Shown piece by piece: positions 9,439 through 17,722 of a stretch of DNA of 39,645 bases. The stretch covers positions 1 through 39,645 of the forward strand of contig JBDRBN010000073.1 in NCBI GenBank assembly GCA_043822785.1. The letters run 5' to 3'. A program made the position numbers and the translations under genes. The notes under the pieces were generated by a model. The model saw only the letters and a list, made by a program, of their open reading frames with translations. It was not told the DNA's origin and ran no database searches. The first letter of the stretch is position 1. Every line of letters begins with the position of its first letter. Source of the stretch: Pseudomonadota bacterium (GTDB lineage Bacteria > UBA10199 > 2-02-FULL-44-16 > JAAZCA01).

Positions 9439-12087
9439 TCAGTTTGTAACCTTCATTTTCTTTTTAAAGTGAGTCAGTTTTTTCTCTGAATCTTTTCTTT
9501 TCTGCTTCTGATTCTTCACAAAGTTCTTCAACTCATTAAGAGCATCCTCCATCTCACTGCTTGAATTGGGCGGAGAATCTTCCGCCACTGCGTGGTCATG
9601 CGAATCAATCACCGCTGATGCTTTCTGCCAGCCTCTTAGAACAGCCTCTATCGCTGAAAAATCGGCGGCCACTCCGTCTAGACACATTACTTTGATATTT
9701 ACTTCAAGTCTTTCGATTACCTTATTAAACAATAGTTCTTCAACGGAACGCTCCCATGTCGCACGCAATAAATCATAATACTCTCGCTGAAGAGCACGAA
9801 AACGCATGGAATCACCTGCCATCTCACATTTCTTTGCCTGCAAAAGCAATTCATCAAGCTTGGCAACTCGTTCACTAACGCTAAGCCCAGACCATGGAAT
9901 ATGATTCGAAATGATCCCCGTCGTTTTACCAAGGGTTTCCACACCAAGAGGACATATCTCAACACGCAGCCTATTAGCCTCCTCCCACAGATCTCTCAAA
10001 AATGCTACATTATGTGTAAAAACAATTACCTGTCGCTTGCGGGCTTCTTCAACGAACCGTTGAGCTACTCGCTTTCGACGCACATGATCTAACGATGAAA
10101 CCGGATCATCAAATACAATTGCGCCAACATGATTGGATAATTGAAGTTCAGCAAGAAATGAGCCTATGGCAATAGCACGTTGCTCTCCCTCACTAAGGAT
10201 CTCTTGGATTTCTTTTTTAATGGGAATATCGAGAAGCAGTTTATGCTTTATTATTCCACGATCGGTTCTCTCTTTTAATATCGTCTTTACTTGACCTATC
10301 CCCAACTTCTCAAACTCCCTGTCTAGTGCGTCTCTCAGAGCTTTTGTTACAGCCTGCTGTGAAAACTCCTTTGTCTTGTCTGATATTGCTCTTGTTTTCA
10401 AACCGTTTTTGCATTGAGCTAATTTATCTTTGTGATTCATACGGCCAACAAGCTCTTCAACAGCCTGCAGCCGAGAAGATAAATTACTACGCGCCTTCAA
10501 CTCAAGGCGTTCAGATTCAAGTGATCGCTTCTGGTCTTCGTTGCTAACTTTTTCCAGTTCTTCAGCTTGTTTTATAAGCATTGCTGAAATAATTTTCAAG
10601 CGTGGCTGGGGATCTTCACCTAGCTGAGGCGCCTCGGCCCAAGAATTTGTAGCCAGAGCATCTAACAACCACTTTTTTCGATTCTGTACTTGTGCTTCAA
10701 AACCTTTAATTACATCTGAAAGAGTGGGGTCACTCAGTTTTAATTCTTCACACATTGCTTCTGTAAAATTAAAACTAACATTAGTTTGTGAAAGCGCCTC
10801 CTCGATATCCTTGAGAAGCCTCGATTTTTCTGTTGCAGTTTTGGCCGTGTCGTCTTTAAGGAAATCATCAAAGCGCTTTAAACGTTTTAACGCTGTAGCG
10901 TTTAATGATTGCTGGCACAGAGGGCATCTTGCACCATCCTCTAGATAAGGAAATTCTTTATCCGGATAGGCCAACTCTGTTGAAAAGCGCTTGGCTGAAT
11001 CGAATAATAATTTCCATGTTTGTTCCCCAGTACCTGGGAGCAGTTCTTCCCCCGCTCTCCAATTTGCGGCAGCTACCGATGCAGCTTTGTTGGCCTCCTG
11101 TGCTTGCCCATGACAGGTTTGTATTTTTTTTAACTCCGAATCATTAATATGAGAAGTTGCTATATCAATTCGAGCGATAAGATCATTCACCCTTCCAGAT
11201 TGAAGTCTAAATTCTTTCGCTCTAGCCAGTGGATCTGGCTGAGATAAAATTTCATCAAGCTCTACCAGGCGCTTCGTTTCCGTCTCTTCAAGAGTGGCGA
11301 GCTGTTTTAATCTTTTGATGTCTGTCTTTACACTGATACCAGCAATTAGATTTCCTACCGCTGTTTCCCCAAGTAAATCAGAGAATGCGCTCAGATCGGT
11401 ATCAATTGCACTGAGTTCAGCCTCCAAGCGTTTTGCCATCTCAGGCAAAACCTGCTGGCAAAGGTTCTCTAGAATATCCAGTCCATAGGGAATAAATGCG
11501 ACGTCCTGTTCGTCATCCAAATATGCTCTGGCACATCGACCATCAAATACTGCAACTGTAGAAAGCAATTGAGGCGGCGCATCCCCGCGCTTCCATTGAA
11601 GATGTCTTTCCTTTCCATCAACTTCAATTTGAAAAGTAGCCATCGGAGTAACCGTATCGAAATCGGCTTCAAATACGTTCGGATGTACAGTTTCCGTATC
11701 GTCCCTCGCGCGACATGCTAGTTTAAGCACACGCGAATAGCCTGATTTGCCCGATGCATTTGCACCATACATAACTGTAATGCCGTTTGTTGAAAAAGTC
11801 AGCGTTTGTTCGTTAGCAATACAGTTGACATGTTTTAGATCTTTCATTGACCTTAAGATAATTCTCGAGGCGTCTTTCGAGTGTATCGGTATGTGCTCAG
11901 ATGTGAGGGGTAATGCTTGTCGCTTTTGTGAATCGTATATTTTATATTCTGCCTTCATCATGGCGTATAAATCATCGTAATCAGTTAAATCGAGCACCTG
12001 TTTCTTAAAAAGCCTCCGCAAGGCATCCTGCTGCCACGGTGCTAGATCAGTTGTCGACCAATCAACAATTTGATGAAGCAAGGACAT
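9439..12087 (-). CDS. Rad50/RloC-like ABC ATPase with coiled coil, zinc hook and possible HEPN-like C-terminus
   Basis: Walker A GANASGKS, CPLCQQ hook, signature LSEGEQR, Walker B/D-loop VFDDPVSSLD, FTHN; tail LRATWE...IDSHD. Confidence 0.8.
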   Translation of the reverse strand: MSLLHQIVDWSTTDLAPWQQDALRRLFKKQVLDLTDYDDLYAMMKAEYKIYDSQKRQALPLTSEHIPIHSKDASRIILRSMKDLKHVNCIANEQTLTFSTNGITVMYGANASGKSGYSRVLKLACRARDDTETVHPNVFEADFDTVTPMATFQIEVDGKERHLQWKRGDAPPQLLSTVAVFDGRCARAYLDDEQDVAFIPYGLDILENLCQQVLPEMAKRLEAELSAIDTDLSAFSDLLGETAVGNLIAGISVKTDIKRLKQLATLEETETKRLVELDEILSQPDPLARAKEFRLQSGRVNDLIARIDIATSHINDSELKKIQTCHGQAQEANKAASVAAANWRAGEELLPGTGEQTWKLLFDSAKRFSTELAYPDKEFPYLEDGARCPLCQQSLNATALKRLKRFDDFLKDDTAKTATEKSRLLKDIEEALSQTNVSFNFTEAMCEELKLSDPTLSDVIKGFEAQVQNRKKWLLDALATNSWAEAPQLGEDPQPRLKIISAMLIKQAEELEKVSNEDQKRSLESERLELKARSNLSSRLQAVEELVGRMNHKDKLAQCKNGLKTRAISDKTKEFSQQAVTKALRDALDREFEKLGIGQVKTILKERTDRGIIKHKLLLDIPIKKEIQEILSEGEQRAIAIGSFLAELQLSNHVGAIVFDDPVSSLDHVRRKRVAQRFVEEARKRQVIVFTHNVAFLRDLWEEANRLRVEICPLGVETLGKTTGIISNHIPWSGLSVSERVAKLDELLLQAKKCEMAGDSMRFRALQREYYDLLRATWERSVEELLFNKVIERLEVNIKVMCLDGVAADFSAIEAVLRGWQKASAVIDSHDHAVAEDSPPNSSSEMEDALNELKNFVKNQKQKRKDSEKKLTHFKKKMKVTN

Positions 12088-12128
12088 AGCAAGCCCTCCT
12101 AAACATTGTGGTGTATCTTATAACCAAT

Positions 12129-13424
12129 TCAGGGAGTATCGTCGCTATTAATGTTAGGTGCCTCCAACGCCTCTACCTCAAGCGCGGCAATTTCCGGCAA
12201 ACTCTTGCCTGCAATACCTTGAAGGTCTCCGTACATGCCGACCGTGGACTGCATGACGCGTTCAATTTGTTTGTCGCGTTTCTCCCACTGTTTCGTTATG
12301 ACTTTCTTCTCGCGATCAAGGTCCTCCTTCATAGTGGTAAACGCCTCCACGATCGCCTGGATGCGCTGGCGAAAATGCATGCCCGTAAGATAACCGTACA
12401 ACATCTCCATCTTTGTTTGCTGCCCGACGGAGGCTTGCCTGGCAGTTGAGACTTCAATTAGGGTCTGCCGCAACATGAGCGCGACGGGAACGAAAACGCT
12501 GGGATGCGTCACCCATACGCCGTCTATCTGGTCAAACACTTCAACGCCTTTGGGCAGCGCCTGACTGACAATAACGGAGATCTCCGCCTTAGCGGCACGC
12601 TGATCGTCGCGGAGTTTTGTAAGCCAACCATCGCTCCAGTTCTTGGTACGCTTAGATTCCCAGAGGATCGTGCCGCACGACTGACCAAGCGACCCCACAA
12701 CTCTCTGCAGCGTGTCGCCGCCGTGTTCGCCCTTAGGTACAGGTTCGATAGTATCTAACGGAAACTTCGCTTTTAAGAGGGCTTCAATCTCCAGTTCCTG
12801 AACCTCTCCTTGGAGCTGCTGTGAGCCTTGTTCTGCTTTGCGTTTGAGTTCTTCAATCTGTTTTTGCATTGAAGCAATAGTCTGTTCTTTTTCCTTAACC
12901 TTTAGCTGCAAATTTTCTTCCGCCTCTTTTTTTGCCTGCTCTCTTGCTGCATCAATACCTTTTTGAACCCGTTTTTCGACTGTTAGCTCAAGCTCACGTT
13001 TTGCATCATCCAATTCGCGCTGTTTGCGAAGAAGCTCCGCTTGCGCCTTTTGCGCTTCGGCCAATTTCACGTCACGCTGCTTTAGAATCCCCTGCAGATC
13101 GGCAATATCCTTTGTCTTCTGTTCGAGATCCGTTGCTGCTGCAAGATTTGCTTTCTTTGCCTCTTCAGCAGCTATCTTCACCCTATCAGTCTTTAGCTGT
13201 TCAGCCACCTTGTCGGCTATTGTGGCATCTATAACCTTCTTTTCATCAATGAGATATTTTTCCTTCTCGCGGATGTGTTTTTCACGTTCGGCTATATCTT
13301 TATCCTTCTCGCCCAACAAACGTTCATAGTGCCTTCGCGTGTTGGCTACAAGAGGGGCCGCAAGCGATTCTGTAAGTTTTATTTCTGCACCGCATTCAGG
13401 ACATTTGATAGTCGGTTCTGTCAT
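12129..13424 (-). CDS. DUF2130-family protein (Zn ribbon, coiled coil, RmuC-like PD-(D/E)xK domain)
   Basis: IKCPECG, long coiled coil, GSQQLQGEVQELEIE, GGD...ILWESKRTKNWS. Confidence 0.8.
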   Translation of the reverse strand: MTEPTIKCPECGAEIKLTESLAAPLVANTRRHYERLLGEKDKDIAEREKHIREKEKYLIDEKKVIDATIADKVAEQLKTDRVKIAAEEAKKANLAAATDLEQKTKDIADLQGILKQRDVKLAEAQKAQAELLRKQRELDDAKRELELTVEKRVQKGIDAAREQAKKEAEENLQLKVKEKEQTIASMQKQIEELKRKAEQGSQQLQGEVQELEIEALLKAKFPLDTIEPVPKGEHGGDTLQRVVGSLGQSCGTILWESKRTKNWSDGWLTKLRDDQRAAKAEISVIVSQALPKGVEVFDQIDGVWVTHPSVFVPVALMLRQTLIEVSTARQASVGQQTKMEMLYGYLTGMHFRQRIQAIVEAFTTMKEDLDREKKVITKQWEKRDKQIERVMQSTVGMYGDLQGIAGKSLPEIAALEVEALEAPNINSDDTP

Positions 13425-13574
13425 AAGACTTCCTTTTCCTTCGAGGCAATCTAAGCCAGCACGTATGATCCATTCATTGGCGTCCTCCAGGTCACCCTGG
13501 AATTGCAGAAATTGTAAACAATATCAAGGGAATAAAGGCCGGAATCGATAACTCTTAATAGCTCGGATTTATTC

Positions 13575-13777
13575 CAGTGAATTTTGGTGGTGTCCGGAGA
13601 AGGCATAAAAGCGCGTTTACGAGACGAGCGTATGAGGAAGGCAAAAGTGCGATTTGCGACCCGACTTGGAAGCTGACGCGAGGAAGATCTCCAAGTCGGA
13701 TGTCGCAAACGCACTTTTGCCGACGAATAGCGAGCGAAGTGCGCCAAGCCTTCGGAGGATACCACCAAAATTCACTG
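13575..13777. repeat. Nested palindromic element (MITE/REPIN-like), ~200 bp
   Basis: Outer arms 13575..13595 / 13757..13777 (20/21); inner arms 13640..13670 / 13690..13721. Confidence 0.85.
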
Positions 13778-13803
13778 AAATTTACCTGAGCAGTTACAAA
13801 AAA

Positions 13804-14688
13804 TCATGCCGGGAATTTTTTGAGTAATTTTTTGGCGAGGGAGATGCCGATGTCTGCGGCCTTGTCCACCGGGCCGCTCTCTTTGTCGGTGACAAAGACG
13901 CTGCCGTCGGAAGATGCAATAAAGCCGATGAGGAATACGCCAGCGGGTCTTATCTCTGCATTGGCTGCAAATACACCGTCAAATGATTCCACTGCTTTTA
14001 GAAAACTGCGCTCCGCGCGCACCTGAACTCCGCATGCATTATTATGACAGGCAGCCTTCACAAAACCCAAAAGCTCTTTCTCGTCGGTTCTCACCTGAAT
14101 CGAAAGAGCGCCTTGCCCAACTTCTGGTATTATCTTGTCCACAGGAATAAATTCGGCAACGAGTTTGCCAAAGCCCATCCTTATGAAGTCACAGCTCGCG
14201 AGCACGACCGCATCGACCTTTTCTTCCTTTAGCGAACGAAGACAACCCTCCACCTCGGCCGGGATCGGTATGATCAAGAGATCGGGACGGAGTTTCGCGA
14301 TCTGGATATGGCGCGTGCGGCTGGTTACGCCGATGCGAGATCCTTTTGACAAGGCTTGCAGTTTTCCAGCACGAATTGAGATGAACGCTTCGCGGGGATC
14401 CTCGCGCGCAGAGACAGCGGCCATGGAAATGCCTGAAGGGAGCCTAATGCCCACATCCTTCATGTCATGAACGGCTACGTCTATCTCGCCCTTCTTTAGG
14501 GCCTCATCGATCTCCTTTACAAACATCTGAGATCCTCCTTCGCCGGACAGCGCCACATCCAATGAATCCACAACCGTCTGTATAGGATGGATCTCGACCT
14601 CCCCTCCTGCCTGTTCCAAGAGCTTTGCAACGTATCTGGACTGAAGCAGAGGTATCTGCGATTTTCTTGTGCCGACGATTATTTTCAT
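13804..14688 (-). CDS. hemC: Hydroxymethylbilane synthase homologue, probably catalytically degenerate
   Basis: GTRKS, FVKEI, AVHDMKD, REDPR, GQGAL, AERSFL present; GGC cofactor site and RGNVxTR missing. Confidence 0.8.
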   Translation of the reverse strand: MKIIVGTRKSQIPLLQSRYVAKLLEQAGGEVEIHPIQTVVDSLDVALSGEGGSQMFVKEIDEALKKGEIDVAVHDMKDVGIRLPSGISMAAVSAREDPREAFISIRAGKLQALSKGSRIGVTSRTRHIQIAKLRPDLLIIPIPAEVEGCLRSLKEEKVDAVVLASCDFIRMGFGKLVAEFIPVDKIIPEVGQGALSIQVRTDEKELLGFVKAACHNNACGVQVRAERSFLKAVESFDGVFAANAEIRPAGVFLIGFIASSDGSVFVTDKESGPVDKAADIGISLAKKLLKKFPA

Positions 14689-15521
14689 GACTTGCCTAAT
14701 TCCTCCACTATCCCCTCAAGCAACTTAACAGCCTTGGGTGCAAGTTCCTTCATGGCCTTGAGCACCGCCGCATGCGTCATCCTGCCTTCGTGCAGATCGG
14801 AAGCGAAATTTGCGATACAGGATAGAGACAGCACCCGAAGGCCCAAGAAGTTTGCCGCAATCACTTCCGGCACGGTGGACATGCCGACTGCATCGGCGCC
14901 GAGTTTTCTGAATGCCGTGACCTCGGCCTTTGTTTCATAGCTTGGGCCGGATGTAGCAAGATATATGCCCTGTTTGAGCTTAAGGCCGATCTTTCGCGCC
15001 ACTTGTTGTGCTATCTTTTGTAGATTCTCATCATAGGCATGGATGAGGCTTGTAAACTGATCCTCATCCCTCTGTACTGCAATTCCTATCAAAGGATTTA
15101 TGCCCATCATGTTTATGTGATCAGTCACCAGCATGATGTCGCCTGGCCTAAACGACTTGTTCACTCCACCAGCTGCGTTTGTCGTGATAAGGCTTCTGGC
15201 ACCCATCTGTTCGAGCACAAAATATGGTAACACTATGTCTGCGGGATGGTGACCTTCATAAAAATGAAATCGGCCGGAAAGCACTACAATAGGCACGCCT
15301 TTCATGTTACCGAAGATAAGACAGCCAGAATGCCCTTGGGCTAATGCGCGAGGGAAATTGGGGATCTCTTCGGCTGGTACGATGTGTGCTTCATCTACAT
15401 CCTTCACAAATCCATCCAGGCCTGCTGACAAAATGATGATAGCGTGTGGCTTGATCTCAACTTTATTTTTTAGCCAGCTGGCTGACTGCTCTACTCGTTC
15501 AAAGTAAGTCTCAAATGACAT
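14685..15521 (-). CDS. punA: Purine nucleoside phosphorylase (trimeric family)
   Basis: GRFHFYEG, TNAAGG, DHIN, GPSYET.AE, GADAVGMSTVPEV; RBS ggagg. Confidence 0.92.
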   Translation of the reverse strand: MSFETYFERVEQSASWLKNKVEIKPHAIIILSAGLDGFVKDVDEAHIVPAEEIPNFPRALAQGHSGCLIFGNMKGVPIVVLSGRFHFYEGHHPADIVLPYFVLEQMGARSLITTNAAGGVNKSFRPGDIMLVTDHINMMGINPLIGIAVQRDEDQFTSLIHAYDENLQKIAQQVARKIGLKLKQGIYLATSGPSYETKAEVTAFRKLGADAVGMSTVPEVIAANFLGLRVLSLSCIANFASDLHEGRMTHAAVLKAMKELAPKAVKLLEGIVEELGKS

Positions 15522-15541
15522 CTAACCTCCCTTACTCTAAC

Positions 15542-15618
15542 TGTCATTGCGAGGAGCGTTAAGCGACGAAGCAATCTCCAACAATCAAGGGGATTGCTTC
15601 GCTGCGCTCGCAATGACA
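15542..15618. repeat. GTCATTGCGAG...CTCGCAATGAC palindromic intergenic repeat
   Basis: tgtcattgcgag / ctcgcaatgaca ends, inner cgaagcaatc / gattgcttcg. Confidence 0.9.
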
Positions 15619-15625
15619 AATCATA

Positions 15626-16267
15626 CTATCCCTTCACAATCGCTACTCCTGCCGATGTGCCGATGCGCGATGCGCCGGCTTCGATCATAGCCATGGCCTG
15701 CTCCCGCGTGCGGATGCCGCCGCTCGCCTTTATTCTGCAACGATCGCCAACTGCATCCTTCATCGTCTTTATATCTTCGATACTCGCGCCCCGTGACCCA
15801 AACCCAGTGGAAGTCTTTACAAATGTAGCGCCATTGTCTGCAGCAATCTGGCTTGCGTTCTTTATCTCATCAGGATTAAGAAGTGAGGTCTCGATGATGA
15901 CCTTGACCGTATGACCTTTTGCAGCCCTCACCACGCCAGCAATATCCTGGGCCACAGCCTTGTGATCCCCTGCCTTGAATGGCCCAATGGCCATGACCAT
16001 ATCGATTTCCGTAGCACCCTGTTCAATTGCCTGAGTCGTTTCCTGGACCTTTGTCTCGAAAGTTACAGCTCCTAGAGGAAATCCAGCCACAGTCGTCACC
16101 TTCACAATGCTGCCCTGCAAAGAGCCTACTGCTACAGGCACAAATAAAGGATTTACGCATACGGCAGCAAACTTGTACTGACGGGCCTCCATGCAAAGCT
16201 TTTCAATGTCACCCGGCGTAGTCTGAGGAGAAAGGGCTGTATGATCGATATAACTGGCAATATCCAT
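15626..16267 (-). CDS. deoC: Deoxyribose-phosphate aldolase
   Basis: IDHT, GFPLG, EIDMV, KVIIET, FVKTSTGF, IKASGGIR, RIGTS; start MDIASY with aggagg RBS. Confidence 0.95.
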   Translation of the reverse strand: MDIASYIDHTALSPQTTPGDIEKLCMEARQYKFAAVCVNPLFVPVAVGSLQGSIVKVTTVAGFPLGAVTFETKVQETTQAIEQGATEIDMVMAIGPFKAGDHKAVAQDIAGVVRAAKGHTVKVIIETSLLNPDEIKNASQIAADNGATFVKTSTGFGSRGASIEDIKTMKDAVGDRCRIKASGGIRTREQAMAMIEAGASRIGTSAGVAIVKG

Positions 16268-16361
16268 TGAAAGACCTCCTATTTGAATTTGTAAAGGTAT
16301 GAAAAAAAGCGCCATTGTGCAACGAGGAACTGATCCCTGTTCTCAGGGGATCCCTCGACTC

Positions 16362-16414
16362 CCCTTCGACTCGCGTTGCCTGTCCTGAGCAAAGTCGAAG
16401 GGCTCAGGGCAGGC
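16362..16414. repeat. Two nested, oppositely oriented CCCTTCGAC...GCTCAGGGCAGGC repeats
   Basis: cccttcgact-cgcgtt-[gcctgtcctgagcaaagtcgaagg]-gctcagggcaggc. Confidence 0.8.
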
Positions 16415-16443
16415 GCCAGCAACGTAAAAAACGTGATTCGCAA

Positions 16444-16499
16444 CTGGTCACTAGTCACTGGTCACTGGTCACTGGTCACTGGTCACTGGTCACTGGTCA
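16444..16499. repeat. Heptamer tandem array (ctggtca)x8
   Basis: Eight units, one variant ctagtca. Confidence 0.97.
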
Positions 16500-16627
16500 C
16501 TGATTTATTTTCTATTGACCGCAGGAGGCACCTCTTCTAGGATCTGGCAGCCATTTTTGCAGCAGATGCAATTATTTTCGCCCCACAAGGCTTATAGGCA
16601 AAACCACATCTGTGGAGGGATCTTGAG

Positions 16628-17644
16628 ATGGAAGAGAACATAAAAAAGCACGAACCTCAGGAAGAGGCTGAACTTGAGTTTCCTATTAACCAAGAGCTCC
16701 TAAATGCAGCCACCCAAGCCAAGGAACAGTGGCGAGTCATTCGCGATAGGCTCAATAAGATCGAAGATCACAAAGAAAAGGTCGCTGATGTGGTCTATCG
16801 GCGCGTCCTTGCCGACTACAAAGAGCGAATCAAAGAGGTGACCCAGGCTGTTCTTGAAAAGAAAGCCAATGTCGATAAGGAGCTGGCCTCTCTTCAAGGC
16901 ACGCGCGAAAGCATTCTAAAGGAACTTGAAGGACACAGGCACAGCCTAGAAGAAATCAAATTTCGCAATACGCTGGGAGAGTATAGCGGCGAAGAATACC
17001 AGAATGCAGCGCGCGAAGAGCAGGACAAGATCAGCAAGTTCGAAACCGTATTGTCTGCTGTGAACAGCAACATTCACAGGTATGAATCTATCTTTGAAAA
17101 CGAGCCAGACCTGTTTGCTGCTCAGGAAGCAGCTGGTGCTGAGGAAGAGCAAGCTGAGGTTAGCGAACCATCGGGTGTACTACCTATCGCACATGGTGCA
17201 GAGCCCATAACAGACGAATCAGGATATGTGATCGAAGGCGAAGGCCCAAGCTATTTTTCCACGACCGAACCTGATGGCACACATCCTGGTATAGATGAAA
17301 GCGCCACTGCCAAGGCGCCTGCGGGATTGGGCGAACGCGAAATTCCTGAAGCCGGCGGCATGCCCGTACGCATCGTGTTCATAAGCGGCGAGGATGCTGG
17401 TGCAGCCTTTCCGGTAAAGGGCACTGTCTCATTTGGGCGTGCAGAATCGAACAGCGTGACGATTAGAGATGCAAAGGTAAGCCGCCAACATGCTCAAATC
17501 CAGCAACAAGGAAACGAATACGTGCTCGTTGACCTAAACAGCTCAAACGGCACCTATGTCAATGGCGAGCGCGTCGAAGAGCATGTGCTCTCAAATGGCG
17601 ATGAGATCATGATCGGCGACTGCATCATGCAGTTCCAGATGTAA
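16628..17644 (+). CDS. Coiled-coil protein with C-terminal FHA domain
   Basis: N-terminal heptad helices, acidic linker, FGR...VSRQHA...DLNSSNGTYVNG...LSNGDEI; RBS ggagg. Confidence 0.9.
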   Translation: MEENIKKHEPQEEAELEFPINQELLNAATQAKEQWRVIRDRLNKIEDHKEKVADVVYRRVLADYKERIKEVTQAVLEKKANVDKELASLQGTRESILKELEGHRHSLEEIKFRNTLGEYSGEEYQNAAREEQDKISKFETVLSAVNSNIHRYESIFENEPDLFAAQEAAGAEEEQAEVSEPSGVLPIAHGAEPITDESGYVIEGEGPSYFSTTEPDGTHPGIDESATAKAPAGLGEREIPEAGGMPVRIVFISGEDAGAAFPVKGTVSFGRAESNSVTIRDAKVSRQHAQIQQQGNEYVLVDLNSSNGTYVNGERVEEHVLSNGDEIMIGDCIMQFQM

Positions 17645-17646
17645 TT

Positions 17647-17722
17647 CAGTGACCAGTGACCAATGACCAGCAAAAGCTGTTGTCTACACACTGGTTACTG
17701 GTCACTAGTTACTGATCACTGA
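17647..17722. repeat. Inverted heptamer arrays between convergent genes (possible bidirectional terminator)
   Basis: cagtgac cagtgac caatgac cag ... ctggtta ctggtca ctagtta ctgatca ctga. Confidence 0.85.

Noticed and set aside
13451..13789. ORFs 13451..13768 and 13577..13789
   Set aside because: They run through the palindromic element and have no protein features.
16444..16499. CRISPR-like array
   Set aside because: Units are 7 or 9 bp with no unique spacers; no cas genes.
16315..16503. 62-aa ORF ending SLVTGHW repeats (likewise 29376..29579 and 35402..35644)
   Set aside because: Translation artefacts of intergenic repeats.
16544..16561. Sigma54 promoter before the FHA gene (tggcagccatttttgc)
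   Set aside because: GG-GC spacing is 11, not the required 10.
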